Part shown: one piece after another, positions 8,995 through 17,136 of the stretch
Layout of the letters: each line of letters begins with the position of its first letter
Position numbering within the stretch: the stretch's first letter is position 1
From: a virus
Taxonomy: Duplodnaviria > Caudoviricetes
DNA length: 64,000 nt
Strand: one strand, 5' to 3'
IMG/VR virus record: IMGVR_UViG_2634166464_000002
Coordinates: 9,639-73,638 of that record
The notes under the pieces: generated by a model
Database searches by the model: none
What the model was told of the DNA's origin: nothing
The model's input: the letters and a program-made list of their open reading frames with translations, nothing else
Program-made: the position numbers and the translations under genes

Positions 8995-9911
8995 GCGCTG
9001 GAGCCGCCGTTGCCCACAAGGAATGGGACTATTGGATCTCCGCGTTGCGCGGCGAGCCGCTGGAGCTCACGGTTGGCAAAGCCGAATGGGGATTCTACCG
9101 ACACCGCACGCGCAGCGGCCAGATGATCCCGCTGCAGATCTGGCGGGACGAATGCGGGCTCCGCGTGAAATGGGGCCCGAACCGGCCGACGACCGTGCTC
9201 GACGAGGAGGAATTTTGCGAGAGGGTCTTCTGCTACTGTTGCAGGCACCCGGTCACGGCAGAGTGGTATGATTACTGGCTGAAGGCCTATGCCGAAGAAG
9301 GCGCCGGCCGCTGGCCCGACGAAGCTCCTCCTCCCGCGGTCTCGAAATCGAACCTGCCGGCGGATCCATTCGAAGCGCTGAAAGTCGAGGTCGAGAGCGA
9401 GCTCGCCGAGCTCGAGGCAGCGCTCAAGCCCGGGATCGCCGACGATGTGGGCGCAACTCGATTCGGCAACTGGCGCCTGCGGTTTGCCCAGGCCTGGAAG
9501 CGCCTCGAGGAACTCCGGAAGACGGAGAAGAAACCGCACGACGACGCTGCTCGCGCGATCCAGGAGAAGTACCTGCCGGTCCAGGCGCTCGCGAAGAAAG
9601 GCGAGGATCTCATCAAGGGAGCGCTCACGAAGCACCTGCAGCTGCAGGCGAAGCTCGCACGCGAGGCGATGCCCTCCCCCGCCAATGATGAGCCGGCGCC
9701 GAAGCCGGCTGTGCAGACGGTCGCACGCAGGGTCTCGCTCACCACCACCTGGCGCGCGGAGATCGTCGATTACCACGCGGCGCTCGCGGCCCTGCGGGAC
9801 CACCCCGACGTGAAGGCAACCGTGCAGCGAATTGCCGATGCCGCCGCGCGATCGAAGGAGAAGCAGCCGATTCCCGGCGTCACCTTCGTCGAAAGCTCAT
9901 CCGCCCGCTGA
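8991..9911 (+). CDS. Phage recombination-operon protein (coiled-coil C-terminus ending IPGVTF)
   Basis: ATGA overlap with the previous gene. RKTEKKPH and IPGV motifs resemble proteins often found upstream of phage recombinases. Confidence 0.6.
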   Translation: MSAGAAVAHKEWDYWISALRGEPLELTVGKAEWGFYRHRTRSGQMIPLQIWRDECGLRVKWGPNRPTTVLDEEEFCERVFCYCCRHPVTAEWYDYWLKAYAEEGAGRWPDEAPPPAVSKSNLPADPFEALKVEVESELAELEAALKPGIADDVGATRFGNWRLRFAQAWKRLEELRKTEKKPHDDAARAIQEKYLPVQALAKKGEDLIKGALTKHLQLQAKLAREAMPSPANDEPAPKPAVQTVARRVSLTTTWRAEIVDYHAALAALRDHPDVKATVQRIADAAARSKEKQPIPGVTFVESSSAR

Positions 9912-9919
9912 GAGGTCAA

Positions 9920-11278
9920 ATGAACGCACCGATGGTCGTCGAGCCTGCGCACCCGAACGTCGCAACCCTCACCGCATCAAGCACCGTGCATGCGATCGTG
10001 CCGCAGACGTTTGATGACGTCTGGCGCATGGCGCAGCTCCTCGCCAAGAGCGGGCTCGTGCCGTACGGGATGAACACTCCGGAGAAGCTCGCCGTCGCGA
10101 TCATGCACGGGCTCGAGCTCGGCGTGAAACCGCTCCAGGCGATTCAAGGCATTGCGGTCATCAATGGCATGCCTCGGATATGGGGCGACCTGGCGCTCGC
10201 CGTCGTACGCTCGTCGCGTGAGCTCGAGCGGTTCAAGGAATGGCATGAGGGGCCTGAGCCACAGGATTGGGAGCGCCCGCAAGGCGACGAGCTCAACTAC
10301 AAAGCCCTGTGCCTGGTGAAGCGCAAAGGCGAGGAAGAGATCGTCGCCGAGTTCTCGATCCGGGACGCGCAGATTGCAAAACTGTGGATGAAGCGCGGAG
10401 GCCAGGCCGGCGACAAAGATACGCCTTGGGTGACAAACCCCAAGCGGATGCTCAAGATGAGAGCGCGAGGCTTCGCGCTGCGCGACACCTTCGCGGACGT
10501 GCTCAAGGGCATGTTGATCGCGGAGGAACTGATTGGCTCGGAAGAAGAGGTGGACTATACGCCCGTCAACACCGAGCCTCCGCGCCCGCCGCGGATCGCA
10601 CTCGCGGAAACGCAAACCGAGATCGCTGCAACAACTGCCCCTGTTGCAGCGGTGGACGACGCCGGGGTCGGTTCACCAGCCCCCCAGCCAATGAAGGCCC
10701 CGGCGTCGGCCCCTTCTCCCGAGCCCGAGGATGAGTTCGATCCCGAGGCTGCCCTGACGGAGATCGAGGAGCACTGCGCCGCAGCGCAAACCGCGAAGGA
10801 CGTCGAAGAGATCCGCGACTTGTTCTCGGACGACTGGGAGCGCTTCACCCGCACGCAGCAGGAGAAGGCCGATTACCTCCTCGAAGAGGCGCTGAAGCGC
10901 ATCACCAAGCCGAAGCGCGAGTCCCGCAGGAAGACCGCGGCCGAGCGCGAGGAGGGCCGCAAGCGTGTCGAGTCTGCCGGCGGGAAAGGCGCCCGCGAAT
11001 ATCTCGATGACGATCGCGCCGACGACGACCTGGCCCAGAGCGTCGAGCAGGATCCGTTCGCGATCGTCGAGACCTTCGATAACGAGGAGGCCTGGGCCGC
11101 GCATATCCGCCGTGCCATCGCTGCCGCCTCGAGCGTGGAGCACATCGAGAAGCTGAAAGCCGTCTGGAACGCTACGAAGGCCTTCCGGCAGGCTGCGGTC
11201 TCCCCTCCCCTGCGCACGGAGGTGCAGAAGGAGGCGGTCGCGAAGATGGACGAGATCGCGCAAGCCGCGGATGGCTAG
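9920..11278 (+). CDS. recT: RecT/Red-beta-like single-strand annealing protein
   Basis: GLELGVKPLQAIQGIAVINGMPRIWG, FSIRDAQIAKLW and PWVTNPKRMLKMRARGFALRDTFADVLKG. Confidence 0.8.
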   Translation: MNAPMVVEPAHPNVATLTASSTVHAIVPQTFDDVWRMAQLLAKSGLVPYGMNTPEKLAVAIMHGLELGVKPLQAIQGIAVINGMPRIWGDLALAVVRSSRELERFKEWHEGPEPQDWERPQGDELNYKALCLVKRKGEEEIVAEFSIRDAQIAKLWMKRGGQAGDKDTPWVTNPKRMLKMRARGFALRDTFADVLKGMLIAEELIGSEEEVDYTPVNTEPPRPPRIALAETQTEIAATTAPVAAVDDAGVGSPAPQPMKAPASAPSPEPEDEFDPEAALTEIEEHCAAAQTAKDVEEIRDLFSDDWERFTRTQQEKADYLLEEALKRITKPKRESRRKTAAEREEGRKRVESAGGKGAREYLDDDRADDDLAQSVEQDPFAIVETFDNEEAWAAHIRRAIAAASSVEHIEKLKAVWNATKAFRQAAVSPPLRTEVQKEAVAKMDEIAQAADG

Positions 11279-11729
11279 GCGCCGATCCGAGACTGAGCGC
11301 ACGACCGTGTGGCTGGTGAGACAGCCGCACGGGCTCGTCGCCGCGAGCGCTTTGGACCTCGAGGTGATCGAGCGTTATCGGATCGGTGCCAGGCTCACCT
11401 GCTATATCGAGCCACAGCGTCGGGACGAGGTACTCTACCGACGCTACCGCGCGATCGTCTCCAAGGTCGCAAAGGCCTTCGGCATCGACCACGATTCCCT
11501 GCATTGGCGCCTGCGTCTCAAATGCGGGTTGCACCGGGAGCTGCGCGAGCTCGACGGCGCGGTCTCGATCATCCCGCGCTCGACGACCGAACTCCAGGAC
11601 GATGAGTTCAGGGCGTATTTCGATCGCGCCATGGTCGTCCTCATCGACGAGCTCGGAGTTCCCCCGGAGGAGATCTACGGGCCCGACACCTGGCACCAGG
11701 CCGGCATCAAGCACACGCTCGAGGACTGA
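11271..11729 (+). CDS. NinB/Orf- or DUF1367-like recombination accessory protein
   Basis: LHWRLRLKCG and IPRSTTELQDDEFRAYFDRAM; directly downstream of recT. Confidence 0.55.
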   Translation: MARRRSETERTTVWLVRQPHGLVAASALDLEVIERYRIGARLTCYIEPQRRDEVLYRRYRAIVSKVAKAFGIDHDSLHWRLRLKCGLHRELRELDGAVSIIPRSTTELQDDEFRAYFDRAMVVLIDELGVPPEEIYGPDTWHQAGIKHTLED

Positions 11730-11738
11730 GGAGACCGC

Positions 11739-12017
11739 ATGATTCCGCTCATGTTCATCGGGATTACCGTTGGCGCGCTCACGATCGCGCTGATGCCGAC
11801 GGAGTGGCTCTTCGCCATCGTGGCGGCTCCGATGGTCGCGTCGTTGGCAGTGCTCGCGGTCGGCGGATTCCTAGCGCTCTTCGGGCTCAGTAGCAGTCCG
11901 GACAGCCGTCGCAATACTGGCCGCACTGCCAGCAATATCGTTCCTCTGGCGGAGTATCGTCCTCGAGGCGATCGGCGGCCGAAGCCGCGACGAGATCGAG
12001 AAACATACCCTCGGTGA
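11739..12017 (+). CDS. Small membrane protein
   Basis: Two hydrophobic helices; GAGGAG RBS. Confidence 0.55.
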   Translation: MIPLMFIGITVGALTIALMPTEWLFAIVAAPMVASLAVLAVGGFLALFGLSSSPDSRRNTGRTASNIVPLAEYRPRGDRRPKPRRDRETYPR

Positions 12018-12077
12018 TCTGCACGGCTCCGTGCTCCAGGATCGCTGCAGCCAGCGCCCTGCCCCGCTCAACCCGCG

Positions 12078-12428
12078 TCACTGGACGAGCCGCAGCCTCG
12101 GCCTGAGCCTCTCGACTGTCGCCGCGTGACCCCTCTCCGCTTGTTCCCATGTCGAGTACCTCTCAACGTAGCCGTTCTCGGGATGGTCATCGTCGGCGAA
12201 GACCATCGTTTCGAAGAGTAGCGGCGGGCCATCCATGAACCCGTGGTCGAGCCCGAGGAAGACGGTCGACACCTCGATGTCAGGGCCGACCTTCGTCTTC
12301 GCCACAACCCGGTTCTCGAAACTCTGATGCCACTCCGCCCACTGGAGGAGCGACGGCTCGTCGTTCGCCAGGGGCCTCGGTACCTTGTCGATCAGGATCC
12401 AGTAAAAGGGACGACGTCTGGGTGACAT
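12078..12428 (-). CDS. Conserved-looking phage hypothetical protein
   Basis: VSTVFLGLDHGF..PPLLFETMVF..RYSTWEQAERGH. Confidence 0.65.
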   Translation of the reverse strand: MSPRRRPFYWILIDKVPRPLANDEPSLLQWAEWHQSFENRVVAKTKVGPDIEVSTVFLGLDHGFMDGPPLLFETMVFADDDHPENGYVERYSTWEQAERGHAATVERLRPRLRLVQ

Positions 12429-12501
12429 GAGCCCCTTTTAGCACGGCAGAACCGACGAAAGGAAACCGGCCGCGCGACTAGCTCGCCCCCTCCCCTTCCC
12501 C

Positions 12502-13281
12502 TCATGGTCGCCGAACTGGCGTGTAGAAGCGGGCGAACCGCCCTGCCCGCAAGGCCTCGGCCGACAAAGGTTTGACAGGCGCGACCGCGATCACCGGCAT
12601 CGGAGGATCGGCCGCGGGCTTCGGCTCAAATCGCCCATAAGCAACCAAGGGTTTTCTTGTGGGTTTTTCCATTGACGGGAGTGTAACCACAATCGTCTCA
12701 GGAACAGTCTCCAATAACCCCTTCGAAGAAAACCCCCGGTTGCTTATGGGTGATTTGCGAACCGCCGAATCGCGGCGCTTGCAGGGCCGGGTATTGGCTG
12801 CCGAGAAGATTGCCTCCAGCTCAGGCGCAAAGCGATACCAAGCCACCCGGCGCCGGATGCCATCCTCGCCTCGGACATGCCCGCTGTCGGGGTTCAGGCG
12901 AACGATGATGCCAGCTTCCACCAGCGTCTTGATGGCTCCGCGGATCTGGGCCTCGGTCTGGCCGAGCTCGGCGCAGTCCTTCAAGCCCCCGAGACTCCCG
13001 AGCCCCTTGCGATCCTGTGTGCGGCGCACGATCGGGAACGGCTCTCCGAGCTTCTTCGGACTCGACCAGTAGCGCGCCAGGAATCGCAGGAGCGCGGCAG
13101 CCTCGGCGCGGTTGCCCCTTTTCTCCAGGAGCGGTGCGATGAACTCGATCGCCTCGTGCGGGATCCGATAGGGACCACACGTGCGGCTGACGTGGAAGGC
13201 TCGCCCAAGCGGGCGCCGCCCGCGGCGCACCGGCAGCGGGCTGACGGCTGCGGATGCAGCCTTGGCATAGTTGATGGGCAT
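12502..13281 (-). CDS. Putative plasmid-type replication initiator (winged helix)
   Basis: wHTH-like CAELGQTEAQIRGAIKTLVEAGIIVR plus wing ...AWYRF. Lies next to the par module and a counter-transcribed RNA. Confidence 0.5.
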   Translation of the reverse strand: MPINYAKAASAAVSPLPVRRGRRPLGRAFHVSRTCGPYRIPHEAIEFIAPLLEKRGNRAEAAALLRFLARYWSSPKKLGEPFPIVRRTQDRKGLGSLGGLKDCAELGQTEAQIRGAIKTLVEAGIIVRLNPDSGHVRGEDGIRRRVAWYRFAPELEAIFSAANTRPCKRRDSAVRKSPISNRGFSSKGLLETVPETIVVTLPSMEKPTRKPLVAYGRFEPKPAADPPMPVIAVAPVKPLSAEALRAGRFARFYTPVRRP

Positions 13282-13374
13282 CGGTCCTTCAGGACCGCTT
13301 CACGCAGGCAATGGGGAACCGTTCGGAGAGAAGATCTCCGTTGACTCGACCAGCGATGTCAGGGATGATCGCCA

Positions 13375-13446
13375 TTGCAGCGGGGCGACCAACCCTACGG
13401 AATTCGGGCCTTCGAAGTTACCAGCTTCGGAGGCCTTTCCATTTTC
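13375..13446 (+). ncRNA. Putative counter-transcribed RNA (copy-number control)
   Basis: TTGACT (13341) N17 GATGAT (13364), then a terminator GGCCTTCGAAG-loop-CTTCGGAGGCC-TTTCCATTTTC. Antisense to the leader of the Rep candidate. Confidence 0.45.
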
Positions 13447-13613
13447 AGCGTCTCGCGGCTATCCCGCCTCCTCTGAAAGTTTCGAATCGTCCTGCGCGGA
13501 TTCGCGCAGGCGTCGCCCATGAGGGCTCACGTTGGGGAAACGGTCAAGCCCATTGTCCCCAGCAATTTGAGATGATCACGCGCGGAGTCGTTAAGAAACC
13601 CGTAACGATCGGG

Positions 13614-13865
13614 TCAGCAGGCCTCGTAACCGCGCTTGATTTTGCGACGGGCGAGCAGCTCCAGCGCTTCGGTCGCAGCCTCTTCGGTCGGGTGCTCGTC
13701 GATCTTGCGCTGCCCCTCCCCTCCCCTGCCCAGTCGCCCCCAGCGCCGCTCGACCAAGTGGTAGCCGAACAAATCGAGATGCACCGAGATCTCGTAGAAC
13801 CGGTTCATGTTCCGCTCGGGATCGATGCGGCGGAGGTAGACGGAGTGGCGGGGCTCTTCTGACAT
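13614..13865 (-). CDS. WGR domain protein
   Basis: RIDPERNMNRFY..DLFG..RRWGRLG..RRKIKRGY. Confidence 0.9.
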   Translation of the reverse strand: MSEEPRHSVYLRRIDPERNMNRFYEISVHLDLFGYHLVERRWGRLGRGGEGQRKIDEHPTEEAATEALELLARRKIKRGYEAC

Positions 13866-13944
13866 GGCGCCAGAAGACTCCCGGCTGGATTCGGCGTCAA
13901 GAACCGGCCTGGGCCCCGGCTACGACGTCTGTGAATGACCGTAA

Positions 13945-14320
13945 TCCCTGCAATCAGATCACTGCACCCATTGAGATCACTGCGGTGATCTCGGTGACTG
14001 CCTTGACCGACAAGGCCTTAGTCACCGCAGCCAATCAGATCACTGCAGTGAAGTCGTGCTGTGATCTCGGTAACTGAGGTCAGGTAAGGGACTGCAGTCA
14101 CCGACATGATGGCAGTGTCAGCTGTGACCTGAGCCAAGGCAGCCAAGGCAGCCAAGGCAGCCAAGTCAGTGGCCGCAGCCAATGGCGTGACTGCATTCAA
14201 TGACGTCAATGAATTCATTGGCTTCAATCCGGTCATGCCAGCCACTGCGGTCACGGCAGTGATGCCTTTACCTGATGTTAAGAACCTCATGGCATTGGTC
14301 GACCTCACCGCAGTAACGGC
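13945..14320. repeat. Degenerate 9-bp periodic array, candidate centromere (parS-like) or origin
   Basis: GCCAAGGCA x3 then GCCAAGTCA (about 14133-14168); CAATGACGT/CAATGAATT and ACTGCGGTC/ACGGCAGTG units; CAATCAGATCACTGCA occurs twice. Directly upstream of parA. Confidence 0.6.
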
Positions 14321-14333
14321 AAGGAGGTCGTTC

Positions 14334-15023
14334 ATGGCAGTAATTCCGTTTGTTTCCAGCAAGGGCGGGGCCGGCAAATCGACCTCTGCCCTGATCCTCG
14401 CCACCCAGCTAGCCGCCCGTGGCAGCAAGGTGACGGTCCTCGACTGCGATCAGAACCAGCACTGCGCTGAGTGGTACGCCGAGGCCAAGAACAAGAGCGT
14501 CGCAGTCGTGGGGGACATCACCTACAAGACCGTGGTCGAGGAGATCGAAAAGGCCCATCAGGTGTCCGACGTCGTGATCGTCGATCTGCAGGGTAGCCAG
14601 AACATGACCGCGTCCCGCGCGATCTCCCGCGCCACGATGGTATTGATTCCGCTCGGGGCTACCCACCTGGACGCGAAGGAAGCCACGAAATCGGTCGGCC
14701 TCGTGCAGGACGAGGAGGTCGTGCTGCGGCGGGCCGTTCCCTACCGTGCTTTCTTCACAAAGTGCCGCCCGAAGCCCACGATCGAGGAACGGAAGATCAA
14801 GGACAACCTGTTGGGCCTCGGCGTTCCGATGCTCCAGACCCGTCTTCTGAGCCGCGTGGCTTACGAGAACCTGTTCAGTTACGCAGTCTCGCTGTCGGAC
14901 TATGCCGACCAAGGCGTCGGGGTCAGCGGCGTTGAGGAGGCGATCAGGAACGCGGACGAATTCGTGGACGACGTCGTGGCGGCGCTGAACGACCTCGACG
15001 GAGACGCGAGGGCCGCAGCATGA
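14334..15023 (+). CDS. parA: ParA partition ATPase (short, type Ib-like)
   Basis: Deviant Walker A SKGGAGKST, LDCDQN and Walker B VIVDLQG. AGGAGG RBS before ATG at 14334. Confidence 0.9.
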   Translation: MAVIPFVSSKGGAGKSTSALILATQLAARGSKVTVLDCDQNQHCAEWYAEAKNKSVAVVGDITYKTVVEEIEKAHQVSDVVIVDLQGSQNMTASRAISRATMVLIPLGATHLDAKEATKSVGLVQDEEVVLRRAVPYRAFFTKCRPKPTIEERKIKDNLLGLGVPMLQTRLLSRVAYENLFSYAVSLSDYADQGVGVSGVEEAIRNADEFVDDVVAALNDLDGDARAAA

Positions 15024-15445
15024 GCGAGAATGCGGAGAGGAAGGTTCTGGCCATTCCGAGGAAGCGAGAACTCCCGCCACCCGCCCAGTTGGAGGTCGTC
15101 GACCAGGTCGCAATCGAGAGCGGCTGGGGGCAGGGCGCAATGGGGGAGGGGGAGCCCCCTCCCGCTTCCCGGCCAGAGCCGCCCGTGGCGCCGACAGCGG
15201 CCCCGAAGAAGCCGAGAGCCCAGAGACCTGCCCAAGAGCAGCCTGCGGCCCCGGTAGCGCCTCTCGTCGCCATGCCAATGCGGCGCCGGAAGCAGGTCGA
15301 TGAACCGACGATGAGCTTCACGGCCCGCGTTTCGATCCGCTCCGGTAACGCCTTCATCGAGTGGTGCCACGAGGAGAGGATCTCCTACCGCGAGGGGTTC
15401 GATTACCTGATGGATCTGCTCGCGAAGGAGCGGGCAGGGCAGTGA
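15020..15445 (+). CDS. Partition partner protein: disordered N-terminus plus C-terminal ribbon-helix-helix
   Basis: Pro/Ala-rich tail then TMSFTARVSIRSGNAFIEWCHEERISYREGFDYLMD. ATGA overlap with parA. Confidence 0.7.
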   Translation: MSENAERKVLAIPRKRELPPPAQLEVVDQVAIESGWGQGAMGEGEPPPASRPEPPVAPTAAPKKPRAQRPAQEQPAAPVAPLVAMPMRRRKQVDEPTMSFTARVSIRSGNAFIEWCHEERISYREGFDYLMDLLAKERAGQ

Positions 15446-15876
15446 CATCAGCCAATGAAGTCAATGCATTCAATGACGCCAATGAAGTCGTGGAATTCAG
15501 GGCAATGGCAGATCAACAGTCTCAGGGGGTAGAGCCCAAGGCCGTGCCAAGGCGCAATCGCGGGACGCCTGAGCAGGTCCACAACTTCACGATGCGCCTG
15601 CATCGGGATGATGTGGAGAAGTTCATTCGCTTCTGCGAGCACAAGCGTCTTAGCTACAGGGAGGGGTTCGCGCTCCTCCTTGAGCGGATGCGCGAGGCGC
15701 ACAGCCGCGACGCGCAGGAGCGCATCTACAAGAATGACCTGTCGGAGGAGCCGACCGTTCCGCTCTCGATCCGACCGCCGCTGAGTGTCGCGAACCGCTT
15801 CGTAGCGTACTGCAAGGCGAACCGGCTCGCATACTGGGAAGGGCTCTCAGAGCTCATGGACAAGGCTAAGGTATAA
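15442..15876 (+). CDS. Tandem ribbon-helix-helix protein
   Basis: Two RHH-like units, HNFTMRLHRDDVEKFIRFCEHKRLSYREGFALLLE and VPLSIRPPLSVANRFVAYCKANRLAYWEGLSELMD. Start is GTG 15442 or ATG 15505. Confidence 0.65.
   Translation: MTSANEVNAFNDANEVVEFRAMADQQSQGVEPKAVPRRNRGTPEQVHNFTMRLHRDDVEKFIRFCEHKRLSYREGFALLLERMREAHSRDAQERIYKNDLSEEPTVPLSIRPPLSVANRFVAYCKANRLAYWEGLSELMDKAKV
15449..15489. repeat. Second copy of the CAATG 9-bp array
   Basis: A 41-bp segment matching 14176-14216 at 35 of 41 positions. Confidence 0.7.
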
Positions 15877-15889
15877 GGGAGGAGCCTCA

Positions 15890-16108
15890 ATGATGGTGCC
15901 GCAAAGGACAATCACGGACATCGATCTGCTGTTCGACGTCCCGATGTATGATGCCCTTAAGCTACTGGCGAAGGATGCCACGGATCCGGAGGTCAAGGCC
16001 GCCGCGAAGCTGCTCCGCGCGAAGCTCGTGCCGAATGACTCCAGCGCCTCCAGCGTTCTCGCCGCGATAAGGCCGAGGGTCCACTTCAGCACGCAGATCT
16101 CATACTGA
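15890..16108 (+). CDS. Hypothetical protein
   Basis: GGAGGAG RBS; followed by a terminator. Confidence 0.55.
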   Translation: MMVPQRTITDIDLLFDVPMYDALKLLAKDATDPEVKAAAKLLRAKLVPNDSSASSVLAAIRPRVHFSTQISY

Positions 16109-16112
16109 GGGG

Positions 16113-16138
16113 AGGGGGCTTCGGGCCCCCTTTTCCTT
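16113..16138 (+). terminator. Rho-independent terminator
   Basis: AGGGGGC-TTCGG-GCCCCCT followed by TTTCCTTT. Confidence 0.75.
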
Positions 16139-16166
16139 TGGGGCGGTCTGTGCGAACCGGCTCCCC

Positions 16167-16487
16167 ATGACCAGAACCGCAGACCTCGACGAACTCGTCT
16201 ACATGACCTGGCTCCTGGCCGAGGGGCACACGGACGTCAGACCTCTTCCGGACGGCAGGCGATGGGCCGGGATCCGGCCGCTCATGTTCACCCACGCCAT
16301 CTTCGTCGGGCAGATCGGCGACAAGGTGGGCTACGACGACCGGTGGTGCTATCATAGCTACCAGGACGCCAAGCAGGCGCTGGAGGCCTGGACCGGTGAG
16401 GGGGAGCCCTCAGGCTGGCACAGGAATCCCCGCAGCGGCCGGCGCCGGCCAGACGGTGATCCGGCGCAGGAATACGTCGACTGGTGA
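16167..16487 (+). CDS. Hypothetical protein
   Basis: Globular-looking ORF containing YDDRWCY and EPSGWHRNP. Confidence 0.6.
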   Translation: MTRTADLDELVYMTWLLAEGHTDVRPLPDGRRWAGIRPLMFTHAIFVGQIGDKVGYDDRWCYHSYQDAKQALEAWTGEGEPSGWHRNPRSGRRRPDGDPAQEYVDW

Positions 16488-16491
16488 CGTC

Positions 16492-16926
16492 ATGGACGAC
16501 GCGAAATACGACGAGATCCACTCGCTGCTCAGGCAGATCCTCGAGGATCTGAACGCGCACAATGCGCGGATGCGGGAGTGCTCGCGCATCTGGGCCGAGA
16601 AGGACCGCCTCCGCGAGGAGCACGCGCGCCTGAGCCCCGAGGAGCAGCGGAAGCGCTGGCCGAGCCTCCACGCACAGCTCACCGCGCTCAACGCGAAGAT
16701 GTCTGCTGTGCTCGACGCGAAGCCGCCGCAGCGCGAGGAGCCCGCACAGCAGGGCAGGGGGCTCGACCAGGCCGTCGCCGCGGCCATGGCGGAACTCTCC
16801 AGGCAGAGCCGCGAGGGGCCGAGGAATTTCTACGTCTACGGCGCCGAGGATCCGGGGCGCTTCGGTGTCGACGGCGAGCTCGACGTCGTCGCCCTGGTGC
16901 GCGCGATCCTGCCCAGTTCCCCTTAG
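16492..16926 (+). CDS. Hypothetical protein
   Basis: ATG just after the previous stop; GC-rich third codon positions. Confidence 0.5.
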   Translation: MDDAKYDEIHSLLRQILEDLNAHNARMRECSRIWAEKDRLREEHARLSPEEQRKRWPSLHAQLTALNAKMSAVLDAKPPQREEPAQQGRGLDQAVAAAMAELSRQSREGPRNFYVYGAEDPGRFGVDGELDVVALVRAILPSSP

Positions 16927-17136
16927 TTTGGGCCAGTTTCTCCACATGACCGTGGGGCATCAGCCGATTGGCCGATCTCCCCTCTTGTCCTCGGGGTTTA
17001 ACCCGGGATAATACATTACCCAATATCGCCGCAATTCGCAGCCGGCCAATGAGCTGCCGCATAGACTGCTTATGTCTAGACGAGGCGATGAATATGGGTC
17101 GGAAGAATTTCGATCAGGTATAGTGGAGGATGAAGA

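Noticed and set aside
14018-14428. Minus-strand ORF with TAV/AAL periodicity, and the 55-aa N-terminal extension of ParA
   Set aside because: By-products of the 9-bp DNA period; ParA has a strong AGGAGG RBS at ATG 14334.
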